Positions 29,508-38,731 of a stretch of DNA of 57,549 nt are shown one piece after another. The notes under the pieces were generated by a model, which searched no databases, was not told the DNA's origin, and saw nothing but the letters and a program-made list of their open reading frames with translations. A program made the translations under genes and the position numbers. This stretch comes from Clostridia bacterium. GTDB lineage: Bacteria; Bacillota; Clostridia; UBA1212. The stretch spans positions 1-57,549 of the forward strand of contig JAGDAX010000163.1 of NCBI GenBank assembly GCA_017848335.1, written 5' to 3'. Position 1 is the stretch's first letter. The number at the start of each line of letters is the position of its first letter.

Positions 29508-30977
29508 TCACACTCCCTCCGTAAATCTCAGGAGAAACTCTTCGCAGTCCGGCAGCGCGCGGCGGCCGAAAATCGCGGTCAACTGCCTTGCGAGACCCGG
29601 CGCCTCCCTGCGCGTCAGTACCGGATTCATGCCCTCAATTTTGCGGAGGATCTTGTGGCAGAGAACCATATCCGCCGCTTCATTCTCGGTGCCTCCGCAT
29701 GCCTTGAAAACGGGCACGAAGCGCTCAAGCTGCTTCATGGCGCGGTTGCCGACGGTTATCCCCAGCCGTTCCTGCAAATACCGGTCAAGCTGAACGAAGG
29801 CCTCGCGAAGCTTCGCGGAAAGAGGCTCCGCCGCGACAGCCCTGTCGAACATCGCGTGAAGCTCCTCCGCCTTGACGTCGGCACAGGCTCCGGGGGCGGC
29901 ATCGAAGGGCTTGCACCTCGAATTCAGGTCGATAACGAAGGCGCGGTCGTAGACCTTGTCGGATATGACAAGGGTGGACTCGTCATTGTTGGCGGTGCCT
30001 GCGAACCAGACGTTGTCGGGCAGCGAAAGCTTGCCCTCCTCCAAAAGCTCCGGGTCGCCGGGCAGCACGTCCGCGGCCACGCTTATCCTGCGCATGGACT
30101 TGTCGGGAATCTCGAGAATCGACAGAAATTCCGCAAAATAGTACTCGACCCTCGCGATGTTCATCTCGTCAAGAACAACGGTGTATATGCGGTCGCTGCG
30201 GTTTGCCTCGTACAGCTTGCAGAGGAGCTCCGTCTCGGAATAGTTGGCCGTGAATTCGTTGTAGTACCCGAGAAGGTCCGTGCGGTCCCTCCAGGAGGGC
30301 TGCACAGGCGTCACCACCGCGGGATTTCCCACGTATTTCCCGAAGGCGTAAGCCAGCGAGGTCTTGCCTGTGCCCGATATGCCCTGCATTATGGTCAGCC
30401 TGGCGGCGGCCATTGCCGCGATATACGTGCGTATGACGCGCGGCTCGTAATAAAGGCCCAGCGTGCCTGCGGCGTATTCGCGGAAGCCGTCGGCGAACTC
30501 CCTGAGGCCGGCCGGCCTGAAGACGTACCCGGCCGGCGCTGCGCCGGAGGGGCTGGCAGCACCCGGGTTGTCTGAAGCCTTCGGAACCCCGGAAACGCCC
30601 GGAGCGTCTGAAACGCCGTAATCTCCGGAAGCAGCCCCGTTGTTCTTACTTCTTAATTCATTGTCAAGAGCGGAAAGCCGCGGAAATCTCGGCTTCGAGG
30701 TGCGCCTGCGCTCTCCTATACGAACGCGGCGCAGCCTTACTGCGGAAACCGCCAGCAACACCGTCAGCACCACCAGCGCGATATCCAGCAGAACAAGCCC
30801 TGTCAAAATGGCCCGGGCGGTATATTCCGTCGTGCCCAGCAGGTAATTCCAGCCGTACAGCGGGGTGTATCCCCAATAAGTCTTGTCCCAAAGCGCCATT
30901 AAGAACAGCGCCGCCAAAAGCGTCACGAAGCTTACCGCGACAGACAGAAGGACTGTGGAAATGATGACTTTTTTCAT
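29508..30977 (-). CDS. McrB-like AAA+ NTPase with two N-terminal TM helices (paralog 2)
   Basis: GISGTGKTS, VQPSW.DRTDLLGY, VLDEMNIARVEYYFAEFLSILE, GTANNDEST and SDKVYDRA motifs, with hydrophobic N-terminal segments. Confidence 0.85.
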   Translation of the reverse strand: MKKVIISTVLLSVAVSFVTLLAALFLMALWDKTYWGYTPLYGWNYLLGTTEYTARAILTGLVLLDIALVVLTVLLAVSAVRLRRVRIGERRRTSKPRFPRLSALDNELRSKNNGAASGDYGVSDAPGVSGVPKASDNPGAASPSGAAPAGYVFRPAGLREFADGFREYAAGTLGLYYEPRVIRTYIAAMAAARLTIMQGISGTGKTSLAYAFGKYVGNPAVVTPVQPSWRDRTDLLGYYNEFTANYSETELLCKLYEANRSDRIYTVVLDEMNIARVEYYFAEFLSILEIPDKSMRRISVAADVLPGDPELLEEGKLSLPDNVWFAGTANNDESTLVISDKVYDRAFVIDLNSRCKPFDAAPGACADVKAEELHAMFDRAVAAEPLSAKLREAFVQLDRYLQERLGITVGNRAMKQLERFVPVFKACGGTENEAADMVLCHKILRKIEGMNPVLTRREAPGLARQLTAIFGRRALPDCEEFLLRFTEGV

Positions 30978-32737
30978 TTCTTTTCACCCTCCTCTCCGCG
31001 GATCCCGTTATGGTTTTCGGTTTCTGAGGCTTGCGAGAGCCCGGGGGATTGCAGCGTTTCCTGAACCTCGCGCGAATCAACCGGCTTTTCCGCCTCCTTG
31101 GAAACAGCAGGATCTTCCGTTTCCCTCGAATCCTCGGGATCTCCCGCTTGAGGCGCACCGGACGGACGGCCCTTCCTGAACGAAGCCTTCACGTCGCGGC
31201 GGATCTTGCCCTTGCAGAGCTTCCACTGGCGCTTAAAATACCTGTCGAAGGCTTCCTTCTCGCCCTCAAGCCCGATGAATTCCTCGCGCTCCATCTCCGG
31301 ATCGATATCCGCCGTGGGGTCGCTGCAAAGACCGCGGGCCCTGAGCCTTGCCTTGAGAAGATTGACGGTCTCCGTCCAGCGTGCCACGGCCTCCGCCATG
31401 TCAGCCTCGGCCTTCCTCGTTATTTTCTCTATTTTTTCGTTGTTTTCCTGCGACAATGATATCAGCGCCGCTCGCATTCTGTCGCCGGAATCCCGTCTTA
31501 TTTCCTCGGCTTCGCGGCGCAGCTTGGCTGCTTCCGCTTCCAGCCTCGCTTTTTCGAAGACAGCGTCCCCGGCCTTCCGCTGAATCCCGGCGCGATCCTC
31601 GACCACGGTCTCAAGCTCCGCGGTGACCTCGCGAAGCTTCTCTATGAGAACGTCCGCGAATTCGCCGTCGCTGCCGCACTTGTCGCGAAGAGCCGCCATA
31701 TCGTCAAGAAATTTCCTGTGTTCACGGGCAGACGCGCTCTGAAGGTACGTTTTCTCCGTCTCGTAAAGCTTTTCCTTGTCGGCCCATCCGTCAAAAGCAC
31801 CCTGGTACGCCGCATAAAGCTGGAGGCCCGACAGCGCCTTCAGAGCCTTGCCGGTGATCCCGCCGATCTCGCTGAGAGAGCGCTCCTCGTCCGTTATCTC
31901 ATAGCCGGAGTCCCTGTAGGAGTCCACAAAGGCGTACATCTCGAAAACGGCGGAAAAGCTGGTGTTGCTCTTGATGACGTTGGTCCTCACCACGGGCGGC
32001 GTCAGCTTCGGGGCATCGGCCACGCGGATCATAAGAGGCGTCGCCAGCATTGAGTCCACCGTATTCATGATCTCGCCGATGCGCTCAAGAATGCCTTCGT
32101 TGTCCGGGTTGTTTGCGCCCGCCCTCCGGACGGTCCGCTCAAGAAGCTCCAGCCGCACTCCGCCCTGTCTGCCGTTGTTCTCGGCATATCCGTCGTAAAC
32201 CAGCCGGATCCTGCTCGCGGCGGCGGCTTCGCGGATGGAATTGTAGCGAATTCCTACGAACACCTTCAGCAGGGACAGCACGAAGTACAGGAAGCGGTTC
32301 TCGTAAACCGCGTATTCCTCGTCATTCTCGGTGACGTAGATCTCCTCGGGCCTGACGCGCCCGTCGTCGCCCACGTCCTTGATGGCGTTGCTGTGCCTGG
32401 CCAGATAGCCGACGGATTCCCGCGAGAAACGCTTCGCCCGGTCGATGCGGACCACGTCGCCCTCCTTCTTGATAAGGCTGCGGGCCTGGTCGATGGCCTT
32501 CTGAACGTGCGGAAGACCCTCCTCGATGCGCTCCACCCAGGTGATGTCCACCTTGCAGACCTGACGCGAGGCCTCGATCTCCTGAATGCGCGCATTGCCC
32601 GAGAACGCAAGCTCAATTCCCTCGCCTGCGTCAAGGCTTTCGGCCGCGCGAATAACGTCCGCGACGATCTTATAGAACGCCGCGTCCCTGCTGAAGCCCG
32701 AGCGGATAAGGTCAAACGAATCGTAGCTCTCTTTCAT
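30974..32737 (-). CDS. DUF2357 (McrC N-terminal-like) protein with a C-terminal coiled coil
   Basis: WVERIEEGLPHV, RESVGYLARHS and YAVYENRF motifs. The C-terminal third is a heptad-rich E/K/R/A helix. No PD-(D/E)XK motif recognised. Confidence 0.75.
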   Translation of the reverse strand: MKESYDSFDLIRSGFSRDAAFYKIVADVIRAAESLDAGEGIELAFSGNARIQEIEASRQVCKVDITWVERIEEGLPHVQKAIDQARSLIKKEGDVVRIDRAKRFSRESVGYLARHSNAIKDVGDDGRVRPEEIYVTENDEEYAVYENRFLYFVLSLLKVFVGIRYNSIREAAAASRIRLVYDGYAENNGRQGGVRLELLERTVRRAGANNPDNEGILERIGEIMNTVDSMLATPLMIRVADAPKLTPPVVRTNVIKSNTSFSAVFEMYAFVDSYRDSGYEITDEERSLSEIGGITGKALKALSGLQLYAAYQGAFDGWADKEKLYETEKTYLQSASAREHRKFLDDMAALRDKCGSDGEFADVLIEKLREVTAELETVVEDRAGIQRKAGDAVFEKARLEAEAAKLRREAEEIRRDSGDRMRAALISLSQENNEKIEKITRKAEADMAEAVARWTETVNLLKARLRARGLCSDPTADIDPEMEREEFIGLEGEKEAFDRYFKRQWKLCKGKIRRDVKASFRKGRPSGAPQAGDPEDSRETEDPAVSKEAEKPVDSREVQETLQSPGLSQASETENHNGIRGEEGEKK

Positions 32738-32753
32738 AACGCATCAGCCCCCG

Positions 32754-34025
32754 TCAGTTACCGGAATATTTCGCAAGGTATGCCAGACACGCCGGCATCG
32801 CATTCTCCCCGAAAATTTCATTGATCTTTTTAACAAGGGAGTCCGCCCTCGCACTCACAATCACAGGGTTCAGATTGTCAAGCTTTCGAAGCACCTTTTT
32901 GCAAAGAATGATATCCACTGCCTCTTCCTCGGTGCCGCCGGCCTCCACGAAGACAGGCACGAACCCCTCCGTCTGCCGGAGAATTCTGTTGCCGAAGGTG
33001 ATCCCGAAACGGTCCACGAGCACCGCGTCCAGAAGACCGATCTTAGCACGCATATTGTCGGACATCCTGCCATGCCTCAAGGCCTCCTCGAACATTCTTG
33101 AAAGATCCTTGCAGGTCACGTGACGGGTGCCCGGGTTTACCGCCCCGAAGGGCTCGGCGCGGCTCGAAAGCTCCAGCACCATGGCCCGGTCGTACACCTT
33201 GTCGGAAATCGCCAGCGTCGAATCGTCGTTGTTGGCGGTGCCCACAAACCAGACGTTCTCAGGGATCAGCAGCTTGCCGTTCTTCATGAGCTTCGGGTCG
33301 CTCTTGCGAGTAGCCGAAACCACCTCGATCAGCCTCGCCTCCGGATCCGGTATCTCAAGCAGCGACAGAAAGTCCGCAAAATAGTATTCGATGCGCGCGA
33401 TATTCATCTCGTCAAGGATCACCACGAAGACGTCCTTGGACAGGTTCGCCTCGTAAAGCATATACAGCAGCTCGGTCTCCGTGAATCTGTCCGTGAATTC
33501 ATTGTTGTACCCGAGAATATCACTCTTGTCCTTCCAGGAGGGCTGCACCGGCACGACGGCTGCGTCGCGGCAGATGAACTTGCCGAAGGCGTAGGGCAGC
33601 GAAGTCTTGCCCGTTCCCGACACGCCCTGAAGCACCATCAGCTTCGTGACCGCCAACGACGACACAAACGCCCTTATAACTCCGGGCGCATAATAGAGGC
33701 CCAGTTCCGCCGCGGCATAGTCCCTGAAGTCCGAGCAGAACGCACTGAGCGTCCCTTTGTAATCCTCCTCGGGCCCCTTGCGCAGCTCGCCGGCACGCCT
33801 GTCAAGCTCGCCAAGCCTCGCGAACCGCGGCTTTTCCTTTTTGCGCTTCTTTTCGTCCTCCCTGGCCTTCACGTCCTGCGCGTTCCTGATGATCAGGAAT
33901 ACCATCACCGCGACAATGGAAAGCATAAGAACGCCCGCCAATATCATCAGCGCAGACCCCGACAGCAAGTCCGGGAACAAGCGTAATCCTTTATTCTCTG
34001 TGGCTAAAAGTAAAATTCGATTCAT
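32754..34025 (-). CDS. McrB-like AAA+ NTPase with an N-terminal TM helix (paralog 1)
   Basis: GVSGTGKTS, VQPSWKDKSDILGY, ILDEMNIARIEYYFADFLSLLE, GTANNDDST and SDKVYDRA motifs. TM ALMILAGVLMLSIVAVMVFLII is followed by a basic stretch. Confidence 0.85.
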   Translation of the reverse strand: MNRILLLATENKGLRLFPDLLSGSALMILAGVLMLSIVAVMVFLIIRNAQDVKAREDEKKRKKEKPRFARLGELDRRAGELRKGPEEDYKGTLSAFCSDFRDYAAAELGLYYAPGVIRAFVSSLAVTKLMVLQGVSGTGKTSLPYAFGKFICRDAAVVPVQPSWKDKSDILGYNNEFTDRFTETELLYMLYEANLSKDVFVVILDEMNIARIEYYFADFLSLLEIPDPEARLIEVVSATRKSDPKLMKNGKLLIPENVWFVGTANNDDSTLAISDKVYDRAMVLELSSRAEPFGAVNPGTRHVTCKDLSRMFEEALRHGRMSDNMRAKIGLLDAVLVDRFGITFGNRILRQTEGFVPVFVEAGGTEEEAVDIILCKKVLRKLDNLNPVIVSARADSLVKKINEIFGENAMPACLAYLAKYSGN

Positions 34026-34287
34026 AATTCATTCTGTTCTTCGCTGTAAGATATCTCTGTGCAAATATTGAAACGGGCGGCAGGGGCATTTGCTGTATGA
34101 GGCGGCAGTCCCGGCGCACGTTTCTTGTCCGACTCCATTCTATAACATGGGAGCGCGTCTTTTCAATAGTCTGCTTCATCGGGCGCCGCGCTTTAAGCAG
34201 CTTTTAAGCCTTCGGCTTTGCGCGGCGCGGGCGCAGGGTTTTTGCATTTCCTCAAGAGCCGCTGTGCGCGCGACCGCGCGCACAGCG

Positions 34288-34328
34288 AAACACCGCCCCT
34301 CCGAAAATTCAGAAGGGGCGGTGTTTTT
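34288..34328. terminator. Rho-independent terminator hairpin
   Basis: AAACACCGCCCCT...AGGGGCGGTGTTT. It separates the upstream lipoprotein gene from the McrB-like cluster. Confidence 0.7.
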
Positions 34329-34512
34329 GGTTTGTTTGTCTGCCGGTCACTGAAAGTCATTGACGGTATTGCCGGTCAGAAACAGCCGGTAACGGTATCG
34401 CCGGTCATTGCCGGGCTGAAACATTCAGTAACGGTCAGTATCGGTCAGCGCAGCTCCTTACCGGTCAGCGCATGTCCTTGCCGGTCAGATCCGGCCTATC
34501 GGTCTGCGCCTG

Positions 34513-35760
34513 TCAGTATGCCACGTACTCGTGGAGGGAGAGGCCCTTCGCGGTCCAATCGCTGCCGGGAATTTCGGACTGATTGGTGAAGCCCTCGGAG
34601 GTGTTCAGAACCACGAACATACCGAAGTACAGGTTCTCCCTGGCGAGGTTGAAATCGGCCGCATTCTCGACGTCGGTGACCTTAAAGAAGTCCGCGGGAA
34701 TCTTGGCCTCCACACCGAAGCCGCCCTCGATCGCGACAGGCTTTGCCTCGATGAGCGCAGTAATATCAGCCGCTTTGCCGTCGAGCTCGTCCTTGAGCGC
34801 AGTCTTGTGGTTGTTCTGGATGACCTTTACGGTTTCGCCCATCTCGAAGGTGATGAACAGCGCCTCGGTTTCGTCGATTCTCGCGCCGGGGTTGAAGCTC
34901 AGCTGCAGCTGGTCGCCCGCAACAGCACCTTTGCCCTCGATGGCAACGTAAACGGCGTCCTCAGCCTTGGAGATATGGTAGGTGATGACTCTGTCGCCAA
35001 GCTCGGAGCCGGTCCAGGTCTTGGCGGTCGCGCTGTCGATAACGTAGGTGGCGGCATATTCGCCTTCCTTGATTTCGCCGTCAACAGCCTTCTCCACTGC
35101 GTCAGGTCCGTCGTAGTAGATCACGTAGCCCAGCGCATCGGGATTGATGTAGTAAATGTCGCCAAGCTCGGTCTTCACGATAACCTTGAGCTCGTGGCCC
35201 TTGCCGGTAAGGCCCTTCACGGGCACGTCAACTCTGAATCTCTGAGCAAACTCGCCGCCTGCGCCCTTGACAGCCGCCTCGGTGGTGGTGAAGCCGCCCG
35301 TGAATACAGGAGCTCTGTCGTCGATCTGGTAGCCGATGTCGACCATTTCCTCCTCGTTGAAGCCGGCCCAGCCTCTCATACCGACCGAACCGATGTTCCC
35401 TGCGGTGCCGTCGACGGTGTCGTCATTTTCGGACTTCCAGCCTGCAACGTCTCCGTCTGTGACAGTGGTGTTGTCAAAGAACAGTGTGTCGAAGGAAAGG
35501 CTCCTGACGTCGCCATCTTCCCAGTCAAGAATCGTAACCGCATAGGGGTCCGTGAATGGCACCGGCGTGGGGTCGGGCTCCTTGGTGGGCTCCTCTGTGA
35601 CAACCTCCGTGGGCTCCTCTGTGGGCTCTCCGACCGGAGCCTCAGTTGCCTGAGAAGGCGCGTCCGTGGGCGCCGGCTTTTTCGTGTCCGGCCCAGTGCA
35701 GGCCGCGAAAAGTGCCGCAACAATGAGAATGCTAAGTAAAACAGTCAATATTTTCTTCAT
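34513..35760 (-). CDS. Lipoprotein with a P/T/E-rich linker, a GW..DIGYQ domain and a CBM9/DOMON-like C-terminal domain
   Basis: MKKILTVLLSILIVAALFAAC lipobox (ATG 35760, GGAGG RBS) and PTEEPTE linker. VDGEIKEGEY...VYVAIE...GDQLQL...GFGVEAKIP resembles CBM9-like sugar-binding folds. Confidence 0.7.
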   Translation of the reverse strand: MKKILTVLLSILIVAALFAACTGPDTKKPAPTDAPSQATEAPVGEPTEEPTEVVTEEPTKEPDPTPVPFTDPYAVTILDWEDGDVRSLSFDTLFFDNTTVTDGDVAGWKSENDDTVDGTAGNIGSVGMRGWAGFNEEEMVDIGYQIDDRAPVFTGGFTTTEAAVKGAGGEFAQRFRVDVPVKGLTGKGHELKVIVKTELGDIYYINPDALGYVIYYDGPDAVEKAVDGEIKEGEYAATYVIDSATAKTWTGSELGDRVITYHISKAEDAVYVAIEGKGAVAGDQLQLSFNPGARIDETEALFITFEMGETVKVIQNNHKTALKDELDGKAADITALIEAKPVAIEGGFGVEAKIPADFFKVTDVENAADFNLARENLYFGMFVVLNTSEGFTNQSEIPGSDWTAKGLSLHEYVAY

Positions 35761-36110
35761 AACAAAATACCTCCAATTCGTTATGTATGTCTGCATTTTA
35801 ATATATCCGCGCGATTTTCGCAACCCCTTCGGTGCCTTTAAGTGCCGTCCGCGCGTTCCGCGCGAGTTATGGAACGCGGGTTATGAGATGTGAGTTCTGT
35901 GACTTGAGTCATGGCACGGGAGTTTTGAGTGACCGGTGCCGCTTCGCGACGACAAGGCCAGCGGCCAGAGGACGCTTCGCGGATGCGAGTGCCGAGTGCC
36001 CTGACCGCCCGTCTCCTCAGGCCGCCAAACAGCAGGAATCCTCCCCTGCGGCAAAACAAACCGCAAAGGAGGATCTGTGCTTTGAATCTGTTTCTTTAAA
36101 TCTTTTGCCG

Positions 36111-36235
36111 CAAGGCCGTAAGCCTGTTGCTTTAGCCCGTTTCCCTCAAGGCCGCGAGCCTGTTGCTTTAGCCCGTTTGCCTCAAGGCCGCGAGCCTGTT
36201 GCTTTAAACCTGTTCGTTGCCAAGCCGTAAGCCTG
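36111..36235. repeat. 36-bp tandem repeat (about 3 copies), no spacers
   Basis: CAAGGCCG(C/T)(G/A)AGCCTGTTGCTTTA units at 36-bp spacing. Confidence 0.75.
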
Positions 36236-36278
36236 TCCGCAGCAAGCCTCTGCAAGCGCGGCGCCGCTTTTCGCGCCT

Positions 36279-37163
36279 TCACTCGCTCCATTCCAGACTG
36301 AACGACACCGTCACGCCGCCGCTCCCCAGCGCCTCCTGCAGCGCGTTCTTGTCGGGGCTGCCGATGACGGCCAGCCGCGTTAAATCCCATGTGTTCTCGC
36401 CGTAATAGATCGTAATTTGGTTGCCCTGATAGAGGATGACGTCCCCGGCCTTGGCGGTCATCCGGCTGTCGCTTCGGGGCAGCTCCCAGGGCAGCGCGCC
36501 CACCTTCTCGAAGCCGCCGTAGTCCTCCATGTCGACGGAAATGCACGCCGGGCTGAGCTTCTCGATAAGCGCCTTCGCCGAGGGGTTGTCCTCAAGGCTC
36601 GCGTAGAAGGTCTTGCCGCCGACCTCGATCACCAGCACCGGCACAGGGGTTTCGACCGGCACAGGGGTTTCGGCAGACACCGGGGTTTCGACCGGCTCAG
36701 TGGCTTCGGCAGACACCGGGGTTTCGGCCGTCCCGGAGGTTTCGGCCGTCCCGAGGGGCTTGATCGACGCGTTTTCCGCAGGCATGAACCTGTCGCCGTC
36801 ATTCACGGTCAGATACGTGAATTTGCTTGAGCCCTCGGCAATATAAACCAGGCCGCCGTCCTTGCAGGCAAAGCGGAAGGAGCGGTCGATGCCCGTCGTC
36901 TCGGTAAGTGTGACGATGCCGTCCTTCTCGGACCAGCTGCCCATGCCGATGTAGCTGCTGAGCGTGCCTTCGTAGTATTGGTACGTTCCGTCCTCCCGCA
37001 GCGTCAGCGTGAACAAGCCGCCGAAGCCGGGCTTTTCCCAGACAAACGTCTTCCCGACAATATCAGCCATTTCCGTATTTTCCCCTCCTGTACACGCGCA
37101 GATGCCCGCCAATAACACCGCGAGCACCGCCGAAAGCAGCAATTTGACAGCCCTTCTTTTCAT
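36279..37163 (-). CDS. Lipoprotein with a C-terminal cyclophilin-like fold domain
   Basis: Lipoprotein leader (LLAGICAC). C-terminus LEDNPSAKAL...MEDYGGFEKVGALP...AGDVILYQGNQITIYYG. ETPVSA repeat linker. Start at ATG 37163 with AGGAG RBS. Confidence 0.8.
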   Translation of the reverse strand: MKRRAVKLLLSAVLAVLLAGICACTGGENTEMADIVGKTFVWEKPGFGGLFTLTLREDGTYQYYEGTLSSYIGMGSWSEKDGIVTLTETTGIDRSFRFACKDGGLVYIAEGSSKFTYLTVNDGDRFMPAENASIKPLGTAETSGTAETPVSAEATEPVETPVSAETPVPVETPVPVLVIEVGGKTFYASLEDNPSAKALIEKLSPACISVDMEDYGGFEKVGALPWELPRSDSRMTAKAGDVILYQGNQITIYYGENTWDLTRLAVIGSPDKNALQEALGSGGVTVSFSLEWSE

Positions 37164-37264
37164 CGTGCAGCTCCTACGTCGTCTCTTAAAAAAGGTTTTC
37201 GATTTGCGCGAAAAGCGACGCTTGCGCAAAAGCAGTCAGCCCGCGGCATCACTGCGCCGGCCGC

Positions 37265-38014
37265 TTAAAACCTGATCTTCAGCACCACCTCGATGCCTTC
37301 GTCCACAGCGTCCCTGAAGGTTTCGCCGTCCTTCGCACGCCCGACGATGTCCCCGTAGTGCACCGGAATCGCGACCTTGGGGCGGATCCTGTTGACCAGC
37401 GCCGCAGCCTGCTTCGCGTTCATCGTGTAAGTGCCTCCCGCCGGAACCAGCGCCACGTCGCATTTCACCGCCGCGGCTTCCTCCGTAGCGTCCGTGTCCC
37501 CGGCAATATAGACCCGCTGTCCGGCAATCTTCAGCACGTATCCGACCCAGCCCGCGCTTCTGGGGTGAAAGGGCTTGCCGACGTTGTAAGACGGCACCGT
37601 TTCGAGCTCGAGAAGCTTCGCGCCGCAGCCATTTTCGGCGGCCGCACCTTCAGCCTGCTCTGCGGAAACGTTCGCGGCAATACCCTCCACCGTGTACGCC
37701 TCGCCCGGCTTCACGGTGACGATCTTCCCGACAATGCCCTCCGCCGCGGCTGCCTTGGCGCGCATATTCTCGGGCACCACCAGCACGGTATTGGCGCAGG
37801 CGACGCTCTCGACGTCCTTCAGCGAAAAATGGTCGTGGTGATCGTGGGTTATCAGCACAAAATCGGCATTCCTTGGCGCGGCTTCGGCGCGAAAAGGATC
37901 CACGTGGATCTCCATGCCGCAGGCACTGAGCCTGACGTGGTTCTGCTTCAGCACGTCAATGCCGGCCACGATGCTTGCGGTGTCGCCAGCCGCCGGGAAT
38001 GAAAGGTTGTTCAT
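37265..38014 (-). CDS. MBL-fold metallo-hydrolase (UlaG-like family)
   Basis: VDPF, LITHDHHDH, YIAGDT and AIPVHYG motifs. Confidence 0.9.
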   Translation of the reverse strand: MNNLSFPAAGDTASIVAGIDVLKQNHVRLSACGMEIHVDPFRAEAAPRNADFVLITHDHHDHFSLKDVESVACANTVLVVPENMRAKAAAAEGIVGKIVTVKPGEAYTVEGIAANVSAEQAEGAAAENGCGAKLLELETVPSYNVGKPFHPRSAGWVGYVLKIAGQRVYIAGDTDATEEAAAVKCDVALVPAGGTYTMNAKQAAALVNRIRPKVAIPVHYGDIVGRAKDGETFRDAVDEGIEVVLKIRF

Positions 38015-38187
38015 GATCGGACTCCTTTCGGTAAAAATTTAAATAAATAAAACAGTATGAATACCGTAAAAGCTTCAGTATCAATCAGCAAGAGATTCAA
38101 AAATCCGGGGTATATCGACACGACGGCTGCATATTCTCGCCGCATCCCCGATAGCTTTCCGGCATTGTCTGAAAGCCGGCGCCGCAC

Positions 38188-38634
38188 TCATTCCTCCTCA
38201 GTCTCGGAGAGCTTATTGCCCTTCAGGCCCATCAAGCGGCTGTTCAGCTCCTTGAGCAGCTCCCGGTCGCTGCCCGAATACTTCTGGTACTCCGAGAATC
38301 TGCAGTAATCGGAGACGGTCCTGCCAAATCTCGTTTTGTTGCAGTCGATGCTGTAGCTCCAGGGGCTGTAATCCGTGGCGAAAAGGCCGCTTTTGGGCCG
38401 CTTCCCAAGCGACAGAACGCGCTTCCTGATCACAAACGCCTCGAACTCTTCGACGGCTTCGGGGGCGACCTCGTAGGTGACCACCACCGTCGGCGAGCTG
38501 TGCATCCTGCGGTCGCGGCACTCCATCACCCAGCTGCCGTCCTTGTTCTGTCCGAGCGTCACACTGTGGCTCTCGCCCCGCATATCGCAATAGCCCGGGC
38601 TGTATCTGACCGAGCGAAGGTTAATCTTTTTCAT
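38188..38634 (-). CDS. Hypothetical protein
   Basis: Same strand as its neighbours. Start placed at ATG 38634 (MKKINL) after GAGGA. No recognised motif. Confidence 0.6.
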   Translation of the reverse strand: MKKINLRSVRYSPGYCDMRGESHSVTLGQNKDGSWVMECRDRRMHSSPTVVVTYEVAPEAVEEFEAFVIRKRVLSLGKRPKSGLFATDYSPWSYSIDCNKTRFGRTVSDYCRFSEYQKYSGSDRELLKELNSRLMGLKGNKLSETEEE

Positions 38635-38731
38635 ACGTCTATCCTCATTTTCCATATTTTCCACGCCGCGACGATCAGATCCTGCGCGCCGTTCCGTCGG
38701 AGCGCCGGTCAATTCCCGCGACGCAATTCCG

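Noticed and set aside
29508-34025. Canonical McrBC type IV restriction system
   Set aside because: The NTPases carry TM anchors instead of a methylcytosine-reading domain, and no nuclease motif is recognised in the DUF2357 protein.
36111-36235. CRISPR-like 36-bp periodicity
   Set aside because: These are head-to-tail tandem units with no unique spacers.
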